Source: Callorhinchus milii (taxonomy: Eukaryota). From it: a stretch of DNA of 64,000 bases. Below the pieces are notes generated by a model. The model was not told the DNA's origin. It did not search any database and saw nothing but the letters and a program-made list of their open reading frames with translations. The stretch lies in NCBI RefSeq assembly GCF_018977255.1, contig NW_024704743.1, forward strand, positions 112,036,001-112,100,000, given 5' to 3'. Below, in pieces: positions 24,425 to 35,750 of the stretch; the stretch's first letter is position 1; every line of letters begins with the position of its first letter. The position numbers and the translations under genes were made by a program.

Positions 24425-25449
24425 TCCGCAGACATGGGGTTAACTTCCACATGTATGCGGATGACACCCAACTCTACCTTTCCTCCTCTACCCTCAACTC
24501 CACGACCCCCGATGTCCTGACAGCTGCCTGTCTGACATTGAGTCCTGGACGAGAGACAACTTTCTTCAGCTCAACGTACGTAAAACTGAGGCCCTCCTGA
24601 TTGGCTCGCGTCAGCGCCTCCGCACCTCAGGCGCTGACAGCATCAGCATCCAAGGCTGCACTCTCCACCTCTCAAAGCCAGTCAGGAACCTCGGTGTTGT
24701 GTTCGACCCTGAGCTGTCCTTTCTCCCTCATATCCGCGCCACAACTGGCACCGCCTTCCATCACCTCCGGAATGTCGCCAGACTACGGCACTACCTCACC
24801 CCTCACGCTGCTGAAACTCTGGTCCACGCCTTTATCACCTCAAGGCTGGACTATGGGAACTCTCTCCTCGCCGGCCTTCCCGGCACCTCCCTCCACAAGC
24901 TGCAGGTCATTCAGAACTCTGCAGCTCGTGTACTGTCCCGCACCAGCTTCGTGACCACATCACTCCCACCCTCGCTCGCCTCCACTGGCTCCCCATCCCC
25001 CAGAGGATCGAATTCAAGATCCTCACCCTCACCTACAAGGCCATTCACGGCCTTGCTCCCTCCTACCTCTCCGACCTACTATCCCCCTACCTACCTGCCC
25101 GTACCCTCCATTCCTCTGGCTCCGGTCTGCTCCACATCCGCCGCCCCAACCGCCCTACCATCGGTGGCCGGGCCTTCAGCCTCTCAGCCCCTAGGCTCTG
25201 GAACTCTATCCCCCAGTGCCTTCGCCTTGCCTCCTCCCTCTCTTCCTTCAAGGCCGGTCTGAAGACCTTTCTCTTTGATCGTGCCTTCAGCTCCCCTCTC
25301 AACTTTCTACTCCCTCCTCGCTCCCTCCCTTCCCTCCCCTCACCCTGACTATTTCCCCCTTGCTCGGGTCCTGACCCAACTGTACAGCGCCTTGGGACGT
25401 CCTCCCGACGTGAAAGGCGCTCTATAAATGGAATCTTGTTGTTGTTGTT
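24425..25449 (+). mobile_element. Youngest-looking L2 LINE in the window, 5'-truncated, about 1 kb
   Basis: RRHGVNFHMYADDTQLY, SRLDYGNSLLAGLP, QVIQNSAARVL, LHWLPIPQRIEFK. CpGs retained. 3' stem-loop at 25386-25421 and (GTT)n tail. Confidence 0.97.
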
Positions 25450-25584
25450 ATATAGCGCCCTTCACACCAGATGGCATGTCGGAGCTAACCTGGGGCAATT
25501 CAAATTACATGGAATTGTCTCAGGGTAGAACTTTGAACTCATGTCATATAGGCTATCATGCTAATATACCACCACCCCAAAAAG

Positions 25585-26360
25585 AATAACTTGCATTTAT
25601 ATAGTACCTTTCACATGGGGTAGCTTCTCGGATTCTTTAACAGTGGTGGAGCTTGATGCCAAGCCTGGGAGACTGAAAGCACAGTCAAAGAGGAAGGTCT
25701 TCAGATGTGATCTAAAGCTGGGGCAGGAGGAGGCAAGGCAGAGGGATTGAAACAGAGAGTTCTGTAGTTTGGGGGCATAGTTGCCGAAGGCATTGCTGCC
25801 GATGGTGAAATGGAGGGTTCGAGGCCAGAGCTGTTGAACGAAGAGGGCAAGTAATGGATTGGTCAGTTGGAGAAGTAGCGATGTGCCAGGGCATGAAGTG
25901 ATTTGTATGTCAGTGTGAGGATACAACAACAAAAACAACTTGCATTTATATAGCGCCTTTCACGTGGGGTAGTGTCCCGGAGCGCTTAAGTTTTGAATTT
26001 GCTAGATTTTATGAATGATGGAGCTGGGAAGCCCGGCAAAGCAGCCATTGAAATAATTGAGGCGAGTGGTGACGAATGCATAGATGAAGGTTTCAGCTGT
26101 ATTGGTTTTGAGGTATGGACGCAGGCGGGCAATGTGGCTGAGGTGGAAGAAAGCGGTTCTGGTCAGGGAACAGATGTGGGGTAAGAAGGACAGTTGTGGG
26201 TCAAACCTGACTGCTAGGTTGCGCGCAGGTTCAGTAAGTTTGAAGGATAGGCCAGGAAGGTTAAGGTGGTCGGAGCCGGAGGTGAAAAGACATTCACATG
26301 AGCCAAGGAGAATGGCTTCTGTCTTGTCAACATTCAGCTGCAGAAAGTTGGGGCTCATCT
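25585..26360 (-). mobile_element. Composite L2: 3' end 25585-25922, separate short L2 tail 25923-25990, RT part 25991-26360
   Basis: NFLQLNVDKTEAILLG...TTRLNYFN and FRSHLKTFLFD. Two tails of the CTACCCCACGTGAAAGG type. Confidence 0.88.
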
Positions 26361-26381
26361 AATATAGTTTTGGGAAATTTT

Positions 26382-26672
26382 TGCATCAATGGAGATGCTG
26401 TCTTTCGGAGGAGGTCTCATCTGTACCTGTTCAGGTGGATGTTAAAGACCCCATGACACTACTTGAAAAGTTTCTCCTGTGTCCTGGCCAACAATCCCCC
26501 AAATAAAATTAGTCATTCACTTCATGGCTTTTTGTGGGACATTGCTGTGCATATATTGGCTGCTACATTTACCCACATGATGCACTACACTTCACAGTAA
26601 ATCCTGTGAATCACTTTGAGATACCCTTCCAACATGAAAGGTGCTATGCCAAATGCAAGAAATATTATAATT
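26382..26672 (+). mobile_element. Deu-domain SINE, central and 3' part
   Basis: CTGTTCAGGTGGATGTTAAAGACCCCATG...GTGTCCTGGCCAACAATCCCC...TGTGGGACATTGCTGTGC. Confidence 0.85.
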
Positions 26673-27036
26673 GTCAGAGAGAGCTCATAGAAGAGCAATT
26701 GGGAGTATTATACCCTTTGAAGCTAAACATGTTTACATGAGAGAATATAAGATTAAGAGGGGACATGATCCTGTCTATAAAAGGCTGAGAGCAGGATATT
26801 TGACTAAGCTTAGGATCACAAAACTGGTATGTGTAATATAAACAAGCTTGAACCAGAATAAACTGTATGAATTCCAATTCTGACATGAGGCTTGAACTCA
26901 CAACCTTCTGACTCAATGCAACCAACGAAACAAGGCTGATATATATCTTAGTTGTGGCATCGGGGTATGATCAGCTGAATGGAGACTGCATGGAGGAACA
27001 AATCAGAGACAAGCTAGTCCAAATAGTGACTATTTA

Positions 27037-27457
27037 GGTGTCAGCCTGACTCAATTGGTAACATGCTGTCTCCAACACAGAAGGTTGTGGGTTCAAGCTT
27101 CCTGTTGGGACTTGAACTCACAGTCAAGGCTGACATTCCAATGTAGTGCTGGGGGTGTGTTGCATTCCTGAAGGTGCCATCCTTCACACAAGATATTAAA
27201 TGAGGTTCCATCTGCCTGTTCAGGTGGATATTAAAAACCCCATGCCACTATCCTGAAAAGAGAAGGAAGTTTCTCTCAATGTCCTGGCCAACAGTCTCAA
27301 AGGTTAAAATTGATCATTTATCCTCTTTTATCTGTCTGTGGGATATTGCTATGTGCTGCATTCACCTACAAAATACACAGTCAATACACTTTATAGTAAA
27401 TCCTGTGAAGCTCTTCGATATGAAAGGCACTAAATCAAATGCAATTATTATTATTAT
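27037..27457 (+). mobile_element. Deu-domain SINE, full length, diverged
   Basis: GGTGTCAGCCTGACTCAATTGGT (A box), GGGTTCAAGC (B box), Deu domain, (ATT)n tail. Confidence 0.9.
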
Positions 27458-28859
27458 GCATCTCTTAACAGCCAGAAACATATCAGCAGCACTGGAGACC
27501 TGAGAGGAGTTGCTGTCCAGTTTCCTCAGCCATAAAGTGGTTAAATTTAAAGAGAGAAAATATCAAATAAAATAAAGTTGAAGCCAATAACTGGATACTC
27601 ATCATCTTCTAGATGATCATTTGAAGGAAGAAATTCATTTTGCATGAAACACCTCTCTGTAGTGGAACAAAGATTTTTTTTTCATGTTCTAAGAATAATC
27701 TGTTCACAAATCCCAGGTCTATTAACAAACTGACCTTGAGATTCCACACCAAACCAGCCCTTTCTGCATCCAAAAGCTCACCTCATGATTTGTCCTTTGT
27801 ATCTATGCTTTTATGCTAGTCAAGAGGTGAAACTGCTTTCTGAATTACAACTTCACGCTTTTTGAAATAACAGAAGTTTTTTTAAAAAGAATAATTATTT
27901 CATCAGAAATATTTTGAGTGTTTTCCTGCTTATCAAACTCTAAATAGATCTTTAGATTTTTATCCTAACCAAGAAAACTCAGTTCTTCTAAACAGTCACA
28001 TTTCGCACATTTTCCCCTTTTGCACTGTGCATCTTCACTGTTAGTTACAGTAACTAATTAACAGTATAACCAGATTCTGGTTGCAGCTAATGCTTTGTCA
28101 AGTGTGGGGTTTGTGTTTTCAGTGAAACCCTTTCATCTTATTTTAATTTATCTGTACTGCTAATAAGCTACTTACACTATATATTCTGATTTGTTTTAAT
28201 TAGGATTCACACTTAAAACATTTCAAAGAGGCTTGAATTATGCAACATCCTTTACAGTTAAACCTGTAAAGTCTCTCCATTGTATGTAACAACTACAAAC
28301 AAGTCTTATGGGGACCTAGTTTCAGAACTGCTAATAAGCAGAAATAAAATACCAATTTTCTGCCATTAAGGATGTTTTTTCCACCGACCTATCAATGTTA
28401 CATATTCTGATTAATTACCTGTTAATGTACCGTCAGCAGTAAATTAGGACAGCCAAACATCAGTCAGCAACAATAAATCACAGTTAAAACAACTAAACTG
28501 CAGAATCACTGTGTCACTAACTGCATATCTGGTATCTGTGACCAAAATGAGCCAGTAGGATAATAATAATAATGATAATTGTTTTATATGGTATAGTACC
28601 TTATATTGGAAGAACATCTCAAAGCGCTTCACAAGATTTACTGTGAAATGGAGGGACTTTGTATTTGTAGCAAATGTGAATGTACAATTGCACACAGCTT
28701 TTGGAGATGGCTCATAGTCAATAGATGAAGGTACACCTTTTGGTTATTTAATGTAAGATGGCATCAGTATCCAAAAGAAGCATTGAAATGTATCCACATA
28801 TCATACGGGTCAGTAAATGTGGATCACTGAGTTCAAAATGCTACAAGATATTCATAAAT

Positions 28860-29620
28860 AAATTTCACTCTTATTGAATGTGTTCCTTTGTGTGTCTGCT
28901 TAGATAACAATTGGTATTGTGTAAAAAGACAATGAGTCATTGTTTACATAGACTTATATAGACTGTACTGCATAGAAACAGGCCATTCGGCCCAATCAGT
29001 CCGTACTAGTGTTTAATTTCCACACTAGCCACCACCCACTCTTTCTCCCTCCCATAGCCTTCTGTTGCCTTCTCCCTCACATGTACACCTAGCTTCCTAT
29101 GTTTGGGGCAGGATGTCCAAATGCCAGATTTGCTACCAGTTCACCTTATGAATAAACCAGACAAGACTTCCAAAGGATGAAAGATCCTCTGTTGACTCCG
29201 AGCAATCAGAAAGTCATGAAGAGCATCATTTTGCAGGTATGGCAGACCACATATATATACGATTGGATTGACTGATGGCACCTGTGTCTATACTTCTCTC
29301 CACACCCAGATCTCTGGAAAAGCCTGCAATGGTGTTGAATTTTTACTCCGAAGCCAGTGATTTCTCCAAACTCTTGGAAGAATGAATGAAGCTGCCAGCC
29401 TGCTGGAACAGTGCATTAGTCAACTCCTGAATGATGATAGACGTGGTGCCTTGAACAATGTCAATGTAATCTCCAACTCATGCCTGGAAAGATGCAGTAA
29501 CCAAAAAAATTAATGACTGCTGTGCAAAGCGGTGGAAGTCACTGAGGAGCAATTGACAGAGCTATGTAATTACTTCATTGATGAGTATATACCTTCTTAT
29601 GCACTTCTTCTCTGTTAATG
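28860..29620 (+). pseudogene. Possible decayed DNA transposase (hAT-like), interrupted by a CR1 tail
   Basis: One frame with few stops: YTIGLTDGTCVYTSLHTQISGKACNGVEFLL...LLEQCISQLLNDDRRGALNNVN...EEQLTELCNYF, then MHFFSVN after a frameshift. Motif spacing recalls the D-R and CxxH motifs. Recognised from memory only. Confidence 0.3.
28947..29099 (-). mobile_element. CR1 3' end
   Basis: CATAGAAACAGGCCATTCGGCCCA is antisense to the CR1 terminal GGGCCGAATGGCCTGTTTCT. Homologous to 55921-56060. Confidence 0.8.
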
Positions 29621-30619
29621 TCTGACTAGTCATTCACTTTTCAGACAGTGAAATTACCATTGTGAATGGTACAAATGCAAACCTGGCTTTAGATTTCCTG
29701 GTAAAGTTGACACTTTGTCTGAATGTGATTTGTAACACTGATGTCATCAACATTTTGAAAGTTCGTAATGTGCGGAATTAGTTTAATTCATTAAATCAGC
29801 CCAATTCCAGAATTGGTTCAATTAGTGTTTGTCTTCAGTGCCACTAATAGTCAGTGGTTTAACACATTGACAGAGTTGCATCAATCATCAATCTCCATTA
29901 TAATGCTCATATTTAAAAAAAGATGTTATGACTGTGGAGATGTCATTAGCCTGAAACCTGGCTGTGCCTGACCATAGTTACACATCAAAGATAGGAGCAC
30001 AGGAAACAGGAGGAGGCCATTCACCCCATCAAGTTGATAAGATCCCAACAGACCTTTTTAATCCCAAAGTCCCACCCATTCACTTTACCCCTTAATACTT
30101 CTACTACCCAAGTATCTGTCTATCTCTTAAACATCCGAGGTACTCCAAGATTTTGATCTACATCTACAGTACAGTGTCCCTAAGCAATCAAAGTGCCGTT
30201 GGATCCCTTAATCCAACTGTGGTGGGTGGTAGGTTTAGCCATACTCGGAATATTAACCAATGGTGATCCCTAAAGGGATGTTAACCAGTAACTAATATCA
30301 TTACTGTTTTGGAGTGTGATATATTGTAATATATCATGTATCATATTATATTGGAAGAGAAGAGCCATTATCAGATATCAACTGCTAATTTTTGCTTTAC
30401 CTTTTTTTCTTCCCCTTTTCAAATGTGGGGAGGTTGGACTTCAACTGTGGAATTTAGGCCATCAATTTACTGAAAGGAACCTTCATCTTTACATAGTGAA
30501 TGATATAACATCACCTTATCTTCCAGGATTATCACAATAGCTCACATTTATACAGCGCCTTTCATGCAGAATAATGTCTCAGACACTTGCTAAGTGGTAT
30601 GGACTGAAGTTGGAACATC

Positions 30620-30962
30620 TAATAATAGTAATACTTGCATTTGATATAGCGTCTTATCATCATTTCCAAATGTTTCAAACCACTTCACAGCATTTACTGT
30701 ATATTATAGTGACTATATATTGTAGGCCAACGTGGCAGCACCTCTGCGCACAGCAATCTCTGAGACATAGCCATGAAATGAATGATCAAGATATTTGGAG
30801 GTTTGTTTGCCAGGATTCCAGGAGAAACTCCCTTCTCTTTTTGAATAGTACCATGGAATCATTAGCATTCACCTTAATAGGCAGGGCTTGAACCCAAGTC
30901 CCAACTACGTTAGGCTTCTATCCTAGAGATGAGAGTGCTACCAGCTGAGCCAGGCTGACACA
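30620..30962 (-). mobile_element. Deu-domain SINE with internal deletion
   Basis: Tail AATAATAGTAATACTTGCATTTGAT through head GAGAGTGCTACCAGCTGAGCCAGGCTGACAC. Confidence 0.85.
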
Positions 30963-31471
30963 TATGGAGTTAAACTAAGGGACAGTGTTTATTGCTGTCC
31001 AATTTGCAGATCCACTGAAGGTTGTGCGCTTATCCTGTGATATAGGACAGATATAAGAAGCACTTTACAAGGGAACTGAGTGGGTGTTAAGTTAATTACA
31101 GTTAACCTTTTACTTTTGGGAGCTGGGTTCAAATCCAATCCAATGGAGTCTCTCTGTCTAGTAGCTGTAAAGGTCTTTAACAATTTAAATTCAGTTTATA
31201 ATCGATGTGGATAGACAGCACCATCTGTGCCTTATTTTGGCACTATGTTGGCTATTTTATTTGGTTACAGGACGGCTGGTGTGGGCAATGGAAAATGCCA
31301 ACCCGGTTGTGGGGGAGTGAGGGGCAGAGCTCTTTGAAGGCTGTGAAATGTGACAAAATTTTTGGGATGGACAAAGAGAATCCTCTCTGCATCTGGGATA
31401 TGGGAGTGCTTGATCCTGCCTCTACCTTCTTGAAATGGGCAAGGGACTCCGGTTCTGAGGATTAATATTAA

Positions 31472-32210
31472 AGTGTCAGCCTGGCTCAGTCGTTAGCACT
31501 CTTGCCTCTGAGACAGAATGTGTTCAATCCCCCACGTGAAGACTCAATGACTCAACGAAGCTCATAGTCTAATCTGACACACCAATGCAATGCTGGATGA
31601 GCACTGCATTGTTGGAAGTATCATTGTCAGATGTTAAACTGAGATCTTGGCTGTTTGTTCAGACATGGCCCTATTCCAAAATAGTAAGGAGTTTCTCCCA
31701 GTGTCCTAGCCAACAATTCCCTCAGATACAATTGGTCTTTCACTTCATGACTGTATGTGGGATATTGCTGTGCACAAATGGGCCACCATGTGTGCCTACA
31801 GTTATAGTCACTAATAATAATAATAATCCTTGCATTTGATATAGTGCTTTTCACGTCTTCTAGATGTCCCAAAGCACTTCACAGAATATACTGTAAAGTG
31901 AATTGACTGTATATTTGTGGGCGAACGCGGCAGCCAATTGCACACAGCAGTGTCCCACAAACAGTCATGGATTGAAAATGACCAATTTATTATTGTTTTG
32001 TTTTTTTGGAGGGATTATTATTAGGTGTGTGGAGAAAGTAAACTTGCCCAAGGTTTCGCCCTGCCTGGAATTGAACTCAGGTTTCTCACTTGCAAAGCGA
32101 GTGATTTAACCACTGAGCTACAGGACTCCACACTACACCTTATAGTGATACCCGTGAAGCACAACGAGACATTCTTATGACGTGGAAGGCACAATACCAA
32201 ATTATTATTA
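31472..32210 (+). mobile_element. Deu-domain SINE split by a family A SINE (pieces 31472-31811 and 32131-32210)
   Basis: ...ATAGTCACTA / CACTACACCTTATAGT... rejoin, with CACTA duplicated. Confidence 0.85.
31812..32130 (-). mobile_element. SINE family A, short form, intermediate age (TAGAA loop)
   Basis: Same body as the young copies, but the tail reads GGGACATCTAGAAGACGTGAAAAGCACT. Confidence 0.93.
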
Positions 32211-33064
32211 GCCCTCACCTCAAAGAGCACAAAATCAGTGTGATGTCTGGTGCTCAGGATATATAATATTAACAGTCTGAGTATGCAAAGAGAATGAGAC
32301 ATTGTTACTTATAACCACGCACTCTAATTAATTTATATTCCTTTTACAGGGTGATTAGTCACGAGTAACAATATTTTATACGTCCATTTTTGTGGAGGAG
32401 ACACACAGAACTCTATTACTTAATGGCGGACTAAATGTCCTTTTGAATATGGATTGCATTACTGTACTGCTTGCTCAATAAAATCTGGTACCTTTTATCT
32501 GTGAAACAAATAACTAATTCATCTGTGCCCATTGCAAAATGACTGTCCTTGATGAGCATTGTACATTAGCAGATTGTCATTCCACATTCTTCAAAAACAA
32601 TAGACTGCTCCTCAGGCTATTTCCTTGCCTACCTCTCATTCCAGGATAGAAAGTGAGCTCAATTCAAAGGCAATCTGAATGTTACCAGTCACATCTAAAA
32701 TTACATTAACTGTACAGATTCCAACTCACTTAAACCATAGACTGCCTGCAGGCAGAGCGAGACTCCTTTCTCCCTTGCTGTGTTCTCAACTTCTTGTCTC
32801 ATGTTGCAATATTCGTAGTACCCATTAATGGGGGTGAAAATTTGACGTTCAGCATGATAATGATCACTGGTGACAATTATCACATTGACTTCAATTACAC
32901 TCAAACCAATTGATGAGTCTCCCCTCCTCTGACATCAGCAGAAAGGTTTGGGCCGGAAGCCAGCCCAATGAATTCAGCGGCTGCCATTATCATTGCCGAA
33001 GACTTGGTCTGTTAGCAGAGACACTCATTATTGCCTGAGACCCTTTCATCGTCTGAGATTGTTA

Positions 33065-33405
33065 GAGCCAATTTGTACCTAGCAATGTCCCACAAACATC
33101 CATGATATCAATGACCAATTTTTTCTATCTGGGGAATTGTTGCCCAAGACATCAAGAGAAACTTCCAACTCTTATCTAATAGTGATACAGAAACTTTAAC
33201 ATCCATCTGAACAGGCAAAAGGAACTCATGTTTAATATCTCATCTTATATCATATAAATGATGGCACCTCTGACAATGCTGTCCTCCCTCAGCACCTGCA
33301 GTGTCAGCCTAGACTATGAGTTCAAATTCCCCAAGACAGGCTTGAATCCATTACCATCTGACTTAAGAGACGAGAGTGCAGCAACCAACTGAGCTACGCT
33401 GACAC
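33065..33405 (-). mobile_element. Deu-domain SINE lacking the 3' tail
   Basis: AGCAATGTCCCACAAAC...TTTAACATCCATCTGAACAGGC...GTGTCAGCCTAGAC...CCAACTGAGCTACGCTGACACC. Confidence 0.85.
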
Positions 33406-33576
33406 CTCGTTTCTAACTTTAATATTAGTATCCATTTAACATTTAACTTTAATATTTAATATTTAACTTCCAACTTCAATATTAAGTTTATTAACTTCTT
33501 ACCTATCGTTTTGCTTCTAGCTCTTGCTCTCCATCTTGGAAGTCAGAGGCTCTTTAATCAGTTGAAAACTAGCATC

Positions 33577-34007
33577 TAATAATAATACTTGCATTTGATA
33601 CAATAATAATAACCCTTGCATTTGATACAATAATAATAACCCTTGCATTTGATACAGCACCTTATCACGTCTTCGAGACGTCTCAAAGCGCTTCACAGAA
33701 TATACTGCAAAGTGGATTGACTGTACTTTGTGGGTGAAATGGGGCAGCCAATTATGCACAGCAGTGTCCCACAAACAGTCATGGACTGAGTGACCAAAAT
33801 ATTTTTAAAAATTATTTATTTTTTGGGATGGATTATTACCCCGGGAAAGTGATCTATCAATTGACTAACAACCACGCTCCTACTTAAAGCTAGGTAAACA
33901 GAGGCTTGTGGAGTAAGGAAACTTGCTGAAGGGTTCGCCCTGCCTCGGAATCGATCCTGGGTCCTCTTGCTTGCAAGGGAAGTGCCCTAACCACTACACT
34001 ACAGGAC
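33577..34007 (-). mobile_element. SINE family A, long form, with triplicated 27-nt terminal unit
   Basis: tRNA head, full CORE-like segment, TCGAA loop. Terminal unit GTATCAAATGCAAGGGTTATTATTATT occurs three times, the last shortened. Confidence 0.92.
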
Positions 34008-35069
34008 GTTATCTAATGGCTGTTTTCTATGAGTCAGTGAACAGCCCACAAGTGCCGATGCTGGCATGATGACCAGGTCAATCTTAGAAATGTTATATTC
34101 AAGAATGTTGCCAGTGAGTTTACTTGACAGATCACAGTGAAATATCAAGCCAAGATCAAGCCAGTATAGTGCATCAACATACATTTCATTACAGCACACA
34201 AAGCATAATAAACTCAGCGAATTACCTAAAAAGCCCCCTTCCTCACCCCAAAATATCTCAGTTCTGAGTCAACTTAACAGTTTCTTCATTGAATCTGCAG
34301 GATAACAAGTCTGTGACAGGTAATTTCAGCTCAATTTGATTGAATAGAAACCATGGGAGGACACCTGAAGGAAGTAGTTGCACACGGTTTCACATTATGC
34401 AAAGAGCTGGCTGCCGATTGCCTTTTGTTTTTTTTTAATTGGTGAAAGAGATTCGAGGAGAGGGCTGCGAGAGAGTAGCAAACTCGGAAAACCTGCAAGG
34501 AAGCAAACCCATGGGAGGAAACCGTGAGGAGATGCAGCAAAGAGAGACAGATACTGACCAGGACGGAAGGACCAGGACATAACAAACATGACATCCGAGA
34601 GGGCAATTTGACCCACTGAGCCTTCTTCTTCCAAAAGACCTTGCACAAGTTACATTTTCATGCCCTCTTCCAATTTATTAATCTCCTGAGAGGCTGAATC
34701 TCCACAGGTACAACGTCTAAAAAGATAAAACCCTGAATTGTCGCCTTGACCCCTGAGGTAATTGACTGAAAACTCAAGGATATCAATCTATCTACAATCT
34801 ACATTATTCAACCCTAACCAACTGAGTTCCGCAGATGAAATTCCCACAGTCCCAGTAGGACTGGAGCGGTAGTGTTTCCAGAATATTTGATCATCTATGC
34901 CCATACTTATTCTTATAACCTTGAATTCTGATTCCAGCCAGATTTGCTCCAGATCTTCCTTACAGACAACATGATGTGCGAAGCAAATGGAGAATGAAAT
35001 AAAACATAATATTATCAGATTGATTTCATTCTGAGATTGTACATTAAATTGTTCAGAATTAGCCATTTT

Positions 35070-35750
35070 GCTGTCCGCTGGCTCAGTTGGTAGAAAACTC
35101 ATCTCTGAATCAGAAGGTTGTGGGTTCAAGCCCCATGTCAAACTCAAATAATGCAGGCAGATACTCCAATGTCTATTGTGCTCAACTTGCAAGCGAGAGG
35201 AGCTGGGTTCGATTCCCGGGCAGGGCAAAACCTCAGACATGTTGCTTACTCCATACATCTCTGTTTACCTAGCAGTAAGTAGGAACTCTATTTTTAGTCA
35301 ATTGATGGATTAATTTCCAGGGGTAATAATCCCTCAAAAAAAAATTTAGTCACTCATTCCACGACAAGATAAGGCACTTTTTCAAATGCAAGGATTATTA
35401 ACATTATTATTAATAATGCAGTGCTGGGGAAGCGTTTCAGTGTGAGAGGTGCCATCCTTTGGATGAGACATTAACCGAGGTCCTACCTGCCTATTCACGT
35501 GGATGTTAAAGATCCTAAGGCATTATTTGGAAAGAGAAGAGAGCTTCTACTGGTATACTGGCCAACAATCACCCAGACAAATTAATCATTCATTTCATGG
35601 CTGTTTGGGAGATGTTGTTGTATGCAAACTATTAAGCATATTTGCTTACAAATAAACAGTCACTATATTTGACGATGATTCCTTGTGAAGCGCTTTGAGA
35701 CATTTCCATTTTATAGATGCCATGTCAAATTCATAGATTTTTATTAATGA
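35070..35750 (+). mobile_element. Deu-domain SINE (35070-35175 and 35415-35750) with a deleted family A long-form SINE inside (35176-35414)
   Basis: ...ATACTCCAATG / AATGCAGTGCTGGG... rejoin. The insert has GGGTTCGATTCC, CTGTTTACCTAGCAGTAAGTAGG and (ATT)n. Confidence 0.85.

Noticed and set aside
33410..33500. AT-rich TTTAAC/TTTAATA repeated stretch
   Set aside because: Degenerate low-complexity sequence with no regular period.
33577..33655. 27-nt direct repeats as a possible CRISPR-like array
   Set aside because: The units are contiguous with no spacers, derive from the SINE tail, and the context is eukaryotic.
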